A stretch of 64,000 nt of DNA from Balanoglossus misakiensis (Eukaryota > Animalia > Hemichordata). A program made the position numbers and the translations under genes. The stretch is from contig CM082580.2 of the NCBI GenBank assembly GCA_040954595.2, positions 7,418,390 through 7,482,389 of the forward strand. Reading direction: 5' to 3'. The notes beneath the pieces are model-generated. The model was not told the origin of the DNA and made no database searches. It saw only the letters and a list, made by a program, of their open reading frames with translations. Of the stretch, positions 22,201 to 34,100 are shown piece by piece (within the stretch, counting starts at the first letter, position 1; each line of letters begins with the position of its first letter).

Positions 22201-25200
22201 GCGTCACTGGGCATCTTCTCTGCCAAGATACTTGAACTTGGGTCACTTGACAGGGAATCCACACTATCGTTCAACATGGATGTCTCGATGATCGAAGACA
22301 GGCCGACATTTTTCGACATGGCAACGGCCGGGGGAAAGAAGGACTTCCTGGAACCAGGGCACCATGTCTGCCGTCTATTAAACTAACAGAAGAGAAAACG
22401 AAGAGGATATGATTAATACTTTTTTATGATAAAATGGCCAGTAAATTCCCGTAATTTTAAAAAAGTCTAATATTGCAATTAAAATTGAATACGCAATGCA
22501 CAGGCTTTAATGTAAATTCGTATATTGTACCTTCGACTTCTGTTCTGTTTGCTTTGATACGCTGGACACAATGATGAGTTTTTTCAGCTGGTTGACTTTG
22601 TCTTCTTGCTCGACCTGCAGCAGTTCCTTCAGTTTCTCTTTCTCTGTCCTCTCTCTCTCCAGTTGTTCTTGCAAAACGGCGTGTCCTGACATCGGCTGAC
22701 CTTCCAGCTGTGAGCGAATTCGAAAAAAAAAGTGCCGTATTTGAGCGACGGGTCTTGTATCATGTGTACGCAACTCAGCAGTTTTTGGATGTGCACTGCA
22801 ATAGTTTTCTAGTCTTTTATATGTAGTTTTCAACAAACTAAAAAGAGAGTGATATTTTGGAAGCGACTTTTTCTCAAATACCGCACTTTCCAGTAATATT
22901 CCTGGGCTTTCTGGGGTCACAGAAATACTGCCAAAAAATACTTGCCATTGAGATCCTATTCTTCAGCTCTTGTATTTCCTTTCGACATTTCCTGAGCATG
23001 GCTTCGTCTGACAGGACTTCGTTGACTTTCGGTTTGTTCTGTATGGTCTTGGCACTGCTGGCAAACTGTATGACAGATTCAGGAGTTGTTAGTGCGCTTT
23101 GTACACTGTTTGTTGAAAGACATACAAGCTGGAGGAAGTCTACCTGACCTGTACAAAACATTTCGAGCAGAAACTGTGCAACGGACAACCCCAATGATGA
23201 AAACAGACCAACCTGTAGCGTGCTGTGAGTTTGAGTAACTGCGGCAGGAGTCACCGTGCAAATGATGGCCGTCTTGGCGTTGCCACCCAGCGAGGTCTGC
23301 AACATCCTGGTCAGTTTCGACGCCCTGTACGGAATGTGAGAGGTGGAGGACTGGGAGCTGAGCTTGTTGATGACTTGCCCGAGACAGAACAGCGACTGGT
23401 TTATCTTGCAGGCTTCTTGTAGTCGCGTGCCTTCCGCACCGGTTTCGTTGGCTCTCTCGGACCCCGCCAGGTCGACCAGATTCTGAAAAAGTCAAATAAC
23501 ATTCAAATCACTCAAAATTCTAGAACATCACCCGAAATCCTTGAGATTAGTCTGAATGTACAAGTGGCCTCTCTGGTCTGCAATATATTCCCTGATGTAC
23601 CAATTCAAAAACCCCGAATTTTGAATACATTCATGTATACCTACCAGATGAGCCACTTTCACAGCAAGGTCACTGTTGTCACTATTGGCAATTTCACGGC
23701 TTTCAATAATCTGAAAAATTAAAAAAAAAGGTGAAAATACACACATGGTCTGAAAAAATCTCAACTTCAATATGCATTTTTTTAAAATCTGGAATCTATT
23801 ACTTACAATGCAAAAGATAGTATGGGAACGACTGCTATGTTCATTCATGTTGGTTCCAGCGATGTGTCTTCTGGCTGCAATGAAAATGTTAGTACGATCA
23901 GTTATTTGTACTTGGACCTGGCAAAGTCATTCAGTTTGATATTTTTTATTTGTCGTGTGACGTATCTAATCTTTAAAAGGGACAGTTTCTGTAATTTCTT
24001 GTCACATCGTGTGTGTGCTGGTACTTTGATTTTCAGACAAAACATACTTCCTTGCCAAGAAGTCTGTAGTTGCATGAAAGTCTCAGGACGCTGGCAAATC
24101 ATTCCTTTATTCTACATACCTTCTCCCTTCTTCAAGAGGTCGATCACATCCTTGTAACTGGTCACCATTTCTTCAGATAGGTTCTGCACAAATACTCGTT
24201 TCTGAAGTTAAAAAATAAATATATGTGACATATGTTTCCTCCTGGCTATTAATGTACAGGTGGGTGGGTACGACAGACTTTTACAGCAAAGTCAGTCACA
24301 TCCCCCCGCGGGAAGATGGCTGTATGCTGTCGCCCTCATGGTCAGTCATGTTGCATGCGTGTAAGCATTGAATTTTGAGCAATCATATATTACCTGGTAT
24401 TGAAAATACTTTCCTGAAGCACAAATGAAACTTTTGGCGAAATGTGGCAGGTACCATAAGTGATGTTCAGACAAGCACTATCTTTGAAATTTGTTTCCAT
24501 GACAAAAAACAATGAAACGACAGTTCTTTGAATACAGACCCCATCTTCTCGTATGGTCAGGGTCTTCTTTTCACTGGAAAGCAAATCTCTCAGTTCTTCA
24601 TTGTACAACTCAGCGTAGGAGATTCGCAAAAGGAACTCTCTGTCTGGTGTCTGTTAAAAAAGAAAAGAAAAGAAAACACAAAATTTGACTCATATATCTC
24701 AAAAGTTGATGGCAAATTCGCATGAAAGTGATGCGTTTCATACGTGTACCAAAGAGTGACTCGTTTACCTTTTCAATACTCCCAAAGATATCCGAAATCC
24801 CCCGGAGGATGACACCAGGATTGCTGTCTGTTCCCTGCATGGTGTAGGTCTTACCACTGGAAGTTTGACCGTACGCGAATATCGTTCCTGTGTACGATGA
24901 AACATGCAAAGATAACAAACCTGAGATGTGATAGGCAGAAGTAGTGAACATCGGATACACACATCGACAATACATACACCAATTTGCACAAGCAATTTTA
25001 CCGAGACTTGCATTTTTCAGGCCGACAATTAGACAAAGATTAAGATATTTCCAAGCAATGCCAGTAACTTTTCCATATGGCTGGCATTGGATTCTTATGA
25101 AAAAGAACAATTTCTGGTCACTAACGACTCACCATTATAGCCATCCATTGCGGCATCCACAATCGGCATGGCGATCTCTTTATAGACAGCACCTGTTGTC

Positions 25201-25724
25201 TCATTGTCAGAAAAGACGCGATCTGTTGGCAGATAAATGAAAAAAAGAGCGTTAGCCCACAGGTACACACAGTAATTACAAATGGTGTTTTACATGAAAT
25301 GCTGACCCAACATTTTTGTCTTAATACTTGATCTTGCCCACTACTTACCAAAATAATAGCCCTTTAGAGCTTTTTTGGTGGTTGGATCCACTTCAGTGAT
25401 CTTTTGTGACCCTTCAACTTGCCAAAAGTTGTCCTGTCCTTCCTCCCTACAGTCATAACAAAATGAAACTCCACTACTTATACTTATGTACCAATACCAA
25501 TACTTATATGTTATAAAATTGATGCAAGCTGTTTGTGAATGAGTCTCCCTCTTATGATTTTTACTTCAAGAATATATGCGTAAAACATATTTTAGCTTAC
25601 TGGTATGGCTTCATTCTCATTTAGTACACTGTCACGTATGAGTTGCTTACCTGGAAATACAGGGCCGGACTCGGATTGCAACATTGACATTCAAAGAACT
25701 CTCGGGTTGTGTAGTGCCAGCCAT
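10223..25724 (-). CDS. CENPE: Centromere-associated protein E (kinesin-7)
   Basis: First coding exon 25724-25651 ([25 protein letters not shown]). Motor motifs: [20 protein letters not shown] (P-loop), [15 protein letters not shown] (switch I), [10 protein letters not shown] (switch II), [37 protein letters not shown]. Also RRQTWCPG, a long coiled coil, tail GSGTNIV, and last exon 10458-10223 ending PECKTQ*, the CAAX terminus known from vertebrate CENP-E. Confidence 0.93.
13003..20473 (-). repeat. Tandem array of phase-0 coiled-coil exon modules in CENP-E (type A ~141 nt, type B ~78 nt)
   Basis: A modules (low coordinate): 20339, 19798, 19502, 18858, 18281, 17681, 17238, 16360, 15495, 14929, 14605, 13841, 13470, 13003 ([47 protein letters not shown]). 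B modules: 20084, 19122, 18565, 17995, 17509, 16942, 16617, 16095, 15885, 15258, 14851, 14307, 13611, 13217 ([26 protein letters not shown]). Confidence 0.92.
19364..19494. mobile_element. Tc1/mariner-pogo-like MITE, copy 2
   Basis: TA|CAATCAAACTTG...CAGGTTTGACTG|TA; shares the GGCCTTTATAGACAGG core with 1047-1208. Confidence 0.8.
21349..21467. mobile_element. Tc1/mariner-pogo-like MITE, copy 3 (degenerate)
   Basis: CAGTCTAACCTGTCTATA...GGCCTTTATAGACAGGTGGTCTTT...GTGGCCACTAACAC matches copy 1. Confidence 0.75.
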
Positions 25725-28131
25725 TTTCACAGAAATTTGTCATATAAAAATTGTAAATGTAAAATATGTATTGCATATACAGTTAGTGTACCTGAAAAAA
25801 AATGAGATAAAAGTTTAAAATGAGCTCTATGGTGACAAATAACTGGCATGCATGTTCACATATGTATTGAATATTTATCTGAAAAGTGCATTGATTATTT
25901 TACTTACTGGCAGTGCACGACATCCAATCCTTTCAAGTTTTATTGCATGAGCATGTTCAAGATCCACAGGAACTGTCTCAGTCAGTGCCAAAACTTGAGT
26001 GGAACTTGATCACGTCAGCGGTCAAGCTAGATTGCTGTAATTCAGATATATAATACGTACATTTTATCAATAGTTATGTCAGAGGTAATTCTGGAACCAA
26101 AGACTGTTTCAGTTGTCTTTTGTGTGTTTGTGCATGATTTTGAACACATTGTTCCATTTTCAGTGAGAGTGGTTCCCCCCCCCCCCCCCCCCTTCGGATT
26201 TCGTTTTGCCTGAGCACTAAACCACGGAGTGACTTTGGCATACTACAACTTACAAGTAACACGTATCGCAGAAGGGTCTTATGAGCCCAATACGGGCATG
26301 TACAGATATCAGAATACTGCCTAGCGTGGTGACACGTCAAAGGTCGGATATATTTCAGTACAAAACCATTCACGCCAGTTGGGGTGTACACATTCATTTC
26401 ACATAGGATTTACACAACAGTAGACTCACGCTCACTTTCGATCTCTTCGGCCTCGGGAACAAAATACCACAGGACACCGGAGAGTAAACTTTCAACATTA
26501 AGACATAAAACAACACATTTGTGCCATAGACAAAGCAAGAAGACAGGGGTCTAAAATAAGGGGACGTATAGTACCTTATTTATGAAGATATCAGCTGCAC
26601 CGAAAGGACATCAAAGATCCCGGAAGCTGGATTCAAATTTTGCGCTGTGGCTGTTCCATGTATTACTTGCAACCTCTTACAGCAGAGCGAAATGAATACC
26701 GTTGTTTGAATCAATATCCCTTTAGCCAGGTTCATTACCATTATTACACTTATGTCATGTGTATATTCCATTAGAACTGAATTATCTTACAAAACTTCAT
26801 ACAATCGACAGTTCGTGTGATCATTATCTAGGTTATCTTTCTACACAATGAAGGTGTACATAATAGATGGAATAGCTTCTCAGCCGGAAATTGAAATATT
26901 GTCGTTGGTGGCGCTCTTCACATGGATTCTGGTATGTAAATTTTTATTACATGCAAGATATTTCTGTATGATTATAGTACATCCCTAATCACACGACCAA
27001 TCGTTTGATTATCATTTTATCCTTTTAGTGGTTATTCTATTCATGACAGATGACATCAAATGTTAAGAAGTTCATATTGGTATGTCACTAAAAATTCTTG
27101 AAAAGTAACTTACCTTTTTCACACAAACGATACTAATGTTTCTTTTTCGTGACAACTCATCAACTGCGAAATAAGGGCTGAAAGCCAATTACCTGTCTGA
27201 GAAAAGTATATGGCAACTTCATGGATGGAGTCTTTCTCGGCTGCGGAATGGACTAAAGCGAACCAGCTTTTCATACAAGCATACCGAATATAACAATATG
27301 AACAAAAAAAAAAAACGACCAGCAAAATGTTTTTGCTGACGAAAGCCTGTATCTGTAACTCTAGCTTTTTGGCTATCTGTATTAAGTGCTTTTTATTCTC
27401 TACTGGTCGTTCTTTTCATATTTTCATCCAGTTCGACTATCACTGTATGTGAGCAATCTTTTGGCCTCGCAGCGCCACCAACGACAAACCATCACAGTCT
27501 TCTGTTTTCCGAACTTTTCGTACATCAAGAGCAATTTTTTTAAAATGAAAAATTGACTTTATTTACTGAAATGAAGGATTGAAATTCATTTATACATATT
27601 TCATTTGTACATTTTCATGTGTCTGCTGAACCTTCCACACAGACAGACAAGTAAATGAGTTGAACTTGAATAATGTTTGTAGTGCGTTGATTTTTCGGCC
27701 CCGCAGCAGCTGGACACCCTTTTTGGAGTCCACCTTCCCCGCCGGTAAATACACACAAAGTGGCCTCGCGGAATATACTAGAACAAATGACGATAGTTTT
27801 CTTCTTACTGCCAAAAAGCGGCGTAGTTTACATACTTATGATCCAATCACGGTAACTCCACAAAGTATCGTGATCCAATATGTGAATGATCGCTCAGACA
27901 TCAGTCAATCTCCTGGTGCAACATTTCCAACCGGTGATCATCATAAATCATTGCTGGAACAGGTTTTACGAACGGCACGCCTTTCGTACCACTGACCACG
28001 GGCGATGGGTCCACTTGAACAAGATAAACCAATCTCTCCGCCAGTTCTGTACAGACATCCTTGCCAAGTTTTTATGAGCAAGCGCGCAGTCGACGCGCAG
28101 GAGCTGGGTGGCAGCATCCTGGATAACCCAT

Positions 28132-31100
28132 TCAGTATGGCGTTTCCAAGTGTGATGTAACTGAAAAAGAATAAGCCAAAAACAGGAGGTATATACCCGG
28201 CCTCTGTTTCTGAGTACAGGCAGGGCGAACTTAGGACTCGAAACGATCGAAACAACACTGTCAGTCTGAAGAAAAATCTGATAATCTTTAGATGAAACCT
28301 TAATGAAATAATGTAAAACATCTTTTGTATCATTCTAATAGCTCTTGACAGTAGTCTTTGTTACCTGGAATGTCATCCAGGCTGCCCTCATCGTCGTCGT
28401 CATCATCATCATCGGACAAGATCGGCGTGTCGTGTAGGGTCATCAGCAACGCGCACGAGTAGTCAGACATCTCGTGCCTGGTGTCCAACAGCAACCGATC
28501 TCTGGCATCCTCGCCCACTTCCACGGCGGCGTCCGAGTCGACGTCACTGGTTGGCAGGGCGACGTACTGCGAGTCTTGCCGGGACTTCTTCCTGGGCCGC
28601 GACGTCGACGTCTGCGTTTGCGGAACCCCCAAGGTGCTATCGGTGTAGTCGAACGACACATGCGCGTGTTCACTGCGGTTATGGTTGCCCCCGTTCGCAA
28701 ATGATTCTTCAGGAGTCGTCCTGTTCAACCGTCTGTAAATGTAAATAAAGGAGATTTTGAAATCGCTGCTGTGGATATCTGCGTTCGAATATGCAGTGAT
28801 CTCAAAAACCCAGGGGCGAGTCTCTGCTTTTCTAGCATACGACAGCATTATTCCCAACAGTTTTAACTAACTATATTGGACGTTTCAAGGTGTATCATGT
28901 ACATGTACATGTAATGCAGCCGCCACTGCACAATGAACGGGAAATACTCACATTTCTGTCATTTCATAATACTCTGTTGGATTTGTGGTGGAAGGATCCA
29001 AAGGATTGACATACACATGTGTGATTACATCGGACCAGGCGTGTATGTCACAGGCGTCTTCAAGAACAGCTTCTGTAAGCAAAGAACATAGCCTTCTAGT
29101 CACTTGGCATTTTTGATCTGAGCTCTACGCCCAAAGCAAGATTTACGAACCGCATAGCAAATGTTTTAAGTGGGTGCAATACTTATGAGATTTTGTTAAA
29201 AAGTAGAAGCAAATGTACTTTTCATAAAAGCAATATGCAATTGTACTCTTATGTCAAGGAGGGAGTGAATAAAGGATCTGCACCCGTTGACCTAGAAAGT
29301 CGGTCTGTATTTACCGATCGCTCCATCGTCAATGTCCTTCGTCGTTGGCACTGTTGTGACGGTCGTTTCCGGAACTGCGTAACTATTCAGGTGTTCGAAG
29401 TTGTTAGGCAACTTCAGTCCCAATTTTTCCAGTAATATGCTGACTTCCCTGTCTTTCTGTGAAGATCAAAATGTTGGTTGTGGCGACTTAAGTGACGTAA
29501 TATGCAGATTATACCACAGACGTGGTTCTCGGCTCGAGCCAATATGGCTGCCACGTAATGTTCGATGGCGTTGCAGTAAGCTCAGTAATACATAATATCG
29601 TCCTGCTGAATCACAATCGAACCTATCCATCAGACAACCACAGAAACCGTTTTCAAACAAGTTAGGGGTGCGACATGAAACACTTGCCCGTCCACGGATA
29701 GAAGGTGTTGACAATTACTTTGATATTTAAAATGTGCCATAAGCTTCGTGTAGATGTTTGCACTTTATCCTAAAGCATACGCACTCTTGTGATAAAGTAT
29801 TCAGGTTAAAGCGGAGTGCATCACATTTCTGATAAAATATCAGTCAATAAACCAAGGGGTGATCGAACAGAAGAAATATGTGGAATTTCAATGAACTACA
29901 AATGTGAACAGAATATAGAGGACTTCATTCACGATATAAACTGTAGCGAAAAACATGACAAGGAATTTAAACGTAGCATTCTATGATGACTGCATTCGTA
30001 TGCTAAGTTAATACCTCTGCCAGCGCCTTCCGCAGTTTAACGTTTTCAACCCGCAGATATCTCAACCTGGCGGATTCGTTGACTCCAGAAGACCCTGACG
30101 ACAATTTCAAGCTCCCGCGAGCCGACGTACACCGGAACTTCCGGTCTTCGCCAGTTGGATCTCGTCGTAGTTCTAACAACTGGATGTAAAAAAAAGATCA
30201 GTCAAGATATGAATAAAAAGCAAACGGTGCAAGTGCAGTTATACATGACAAGGTAATTTCATTGTGTCCCCCCAATTCACCTAAACTGTTATCTTCACAA
30301 TATGACCGAAAATATTGGCGAAAAAGAAACTTACCTTGGGTACAAAAACAAGACAGAGCGTCAAGGTAGTACAGAACAGAATGAACAGTGAGATGATTCC
30401 GAAACTGGCATTGAGATCATTTTTGATGACGAAAGATAAGGCTGCACCGATCATGCACGCAACAACTATGTTATACACACTCATGCCGATGTATTTGCTG
30501 TCGTTGAGGGCGGGTATGCTGACATGACGCGTCTCCCAGGCAAGAAAGCATCCAAATATCTGCAACAGAAAAAGGATAAGTTGCGCCCTCCTCAGTCAAA
30601 GTGTCGAATACACAACAGTAGTGCATGCTCTGATTATTGTGTAAGGATTCCATACGTTTTCACGCTTTGGGGTGTCGCCGTGGCCAAATGCAGAAAGGTA
30701 TGCAAAATCGTCGACCGTAGCTTTAGTGCAGACCACTGAAAGATTGCCCGTGCCATCACCAAAATTGTGTGTTTTCTCATACATATTCCAAGTGGATTAC
30801 CGATGGCACTATGCTGCAAAGTGCTCGACCGTTGCACCAACGCATCATCATCCTCTATCCCACTTACCATGAGCACTCCTTTGTAGACATATATTGCCGC
30901 CAACCAGATTGACATCTGAACGCTTTCGCAGTGTTGCATGATGGGAATCACCGATATATCATCATCGCCTCCCGGATCCTTCTGTAAAAATGACAAGTAA
31001 TTGGAACAGCGGATCGGGTAGTACTGTATACCTGTCAGAATGATCCTCACAGACACAATCCCTCAAGAAAGACCGTCTTTCTTGAGGGACTGTGATTCGA

Positions 31101-34100
31101 CGTGGCTTCGAAACGGGACATGAAAAGCTTTAATACCACGACAGGCATCGCGTGACGTCACTGTCTTACCTCTGCCGGGCCTTCTACTTTCACCCTTTTG
31201 AGCGGATCCCGTATTTCCCACGACACCAAGACGATGACGTCAACTAACAGCAGCACAAACACGATGATAAACAGCTTCTGATCGCGAATGACCTGGAGTG
31301 TAAAAGAATATAATTGACGCTGAAACACTAGCATGCTATCAGAATGTCTTGACATTTTTTTGACTTAGTGGAAAACAGGGCGCTGATGGATTTAAAGCAC
31401 TCAAAACGCGATGACACAAAAATAATGGGTTATAGTGTCCAGATGTCTTCCCTTGTAGCAACGGTATTCGCCGGTTCCACCTCTTCGTTTCTCGATCACT
31501 AAAAGCACATCTTAATAGCAGAAATGATGAAGCATGTTCAAATATCAAGTATGTTGGCTTGTCAACAAAGTATATATTGACATTTCGATTTTTGTGCGGA
31601 CTAACGCGCAATTTCCAACAGTAACACTGCGGGTTATAAGTGTAGAAGCTGTGACGACAATAGCTGAATTCCTTACCCGTTTCTTCATTTTCAGATTTGT
31701 GAATATACTGTGAACTCTCCATGTTTTGCTGAACATAGCACCGAAAGACAGCGTAAAACCAACGGCTAGAAGCCATGAACGAGCCTGTCGAACAAAGACA
31801 TTCTGAAGTTAGCTGTGCGTAAAAAATCATTGTAATCATCGTGTAGAGTAAATCCCACCTAGAGCCAATAACAAGACAATACTAGTGGACCACGCAAGAA
31901 CTAGAGATGTTACATTCAAAAAGGGACTGAGAATTAATGTGGAAACATATCTCTGATAGGTCACAAAGTAATTGTTTCTATACTGAAACATGCCTTGTTA
32001 TATAGAAGCGTGGGTTAATCCACCAGAATGACGTCAGGAAAACAAGACTCCCAAGCTTAGAACTTATGTCATCGTTATTCATGTTTTTTTTCTCTAAATC
32101 ATGACGCAACGATGACGTAAACTGGGTACATGCGCCGGGAGACGTGAGCGCACAATCTACATGTATCAATATTCTATGAACATACTTAAAAACGAGAGAG
32201 AAATACAATCATACCGAGCAGACGATTTCAAAGGCAAAGTCGCTGATATGTGGACTGTCCAAGCCTATGACAAAAATCGAACTGTAGCACAGAATGCCGC
32301 CTATGATTATGAGATTGTTGATGTATGGACTTGACATCTTGATGTATCTGTAAGAAAATAAAGATAAAAGAACCCGGACTATTTAAACTAATGACAATAC
32401 AGAACTCAGTAAGTAGTATTATGTATCGAGTGGTGCTTAGAAGACATGAAAATTAAGTGCAATGAGTGGTGACCCTGTCAAGTTACATGGCTATTACCCT
32501 TTTAGAGTAAACCATTCTATAGTATCGTCTTACAGTATAAATTCTCATATTTGGCTAAGTGCATTGCCCTTTAGTCTCCGTACAAAATGGTTAAACGGCC
32601 CTTGCGAAGAATGAACATGCCAACGAGAACGAAGATATGCACGGCCAGGTTTACTCCAAGTGTCGAAGATGGCTTCAATGAAAAGCGCAATGGCGGTCGA
32701 TTATGCAAATGATGGTGTATTGAGTGTACAGCCAGTGCAGCGAAGCCTGTCACAGTTACGGTGAATAAGCTTATACACGGAGACAGAATACTAACCTGTG
32801 TTTTCTGAACCTCATGTTAAAGAAGAGAAACATGATCGCCAACATAATCCCGATGTAGCTGAGGCAGCACATGACGATGTAGAGGATGAAGGAGACTCCA
32901 CGCGGCGTGCGATAGATGACGGGTTGATCCCTGGGTGGCGAACCACCTGGTCGACAGATACAGATTTGCGTGAGAATTGTGGGCAAATGAAATGCGTGTA
33001 CGCGAGAAATGACGGGGAGGGGGCCTAACAGAGTCTGATTTGATAGAAAATCTGATGAAAATCAGAGGTAGAGTTGGGCGCCGTCTTTACCTTTGCTGGT
33101 TCTTGGCTGTTCTGTTCGGAAGGGGTCCACACCGGAAGGAACGTGTACATCGAGAACAGCCAAGACAGAGAACAGAACAGCCCAAGCTAAAAACAGCGAC
33201 TGGCTGACGCAGATGGTACACCTGTGTGGCTATTGGCTGAATGTGACGGCACCCACCAATCAGAAGCGACTTATTCACCTCGCTGCAAGTATCAGTTGCG
33301 TAACAACTGTTTGTCAACCAGAAACGACACAATCAAAATATCTGTATTGAACTGTACCCTTACCAGCCCATGTAATTTCCTCTGTGGTTAGATTAAATCC
33401 ATCACTGTGGGCGTAATATTCTCCTATCTTAATTTCTCTGCCATCTGTAGAATAAATTTTACGAGGAGTCAAATGGAATCAAAGTGCATAGCGGCTCCAA
33501 GACGGCAATTGCAAATGAAGCATAATTCGTTTTCATTTTTTTAATCGTGCATAATTACCTACCTTGCATCTGCTCATACATTATTGTACCAAGCCTGTTG
33601 CCATCTTTAAACCGGACAGGCCCCTATTGATAGAAAATCCGCAGTTACAATACTGTTTGTCTATAGACTGAGGGGCAACTGAATTGAATTGATTTTCGCT
33701 ATTCAAGTGCGGCCAGGACGTGTATAAACTTAGAGAAACCAGTCAGTGGCCCACCTGGATACGAATTCATCGATATGTTACAGCAACGACAGGCCCAGAA
33801 CTGGCGCATCACTATCGCCGGAGACCCCCAAATGCCACAAATTCGAAAGATGGCCAACACCACGGCCTATAGCACCCTACCGTGACTCCGACAAAATCAG
33901 TGTCGTTCATGGCTTCCATGAACATTTCCAGTATGTACTCGGTCTTGTAGTCGAAGTCTATCAAGAGCGATTGATTCTCCCCGAGCTGGTTCAACACTTT
34001 GTCCAGGGCAGAGGCCACCACCCAGACACCGTCGTATGCGTAGCCGTGCAGAACGGTGAAGTTGTTTCCTCTCTGGCGATGATACTGTTCTTCGTACTCG

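Noticed and set aside
27119-27325. ORF containing AEKDSIHEVAI, vaguely like a kinesin N-terminus
   Set aside because: The true first coding exon with VAIRVRP is at 25651-25724
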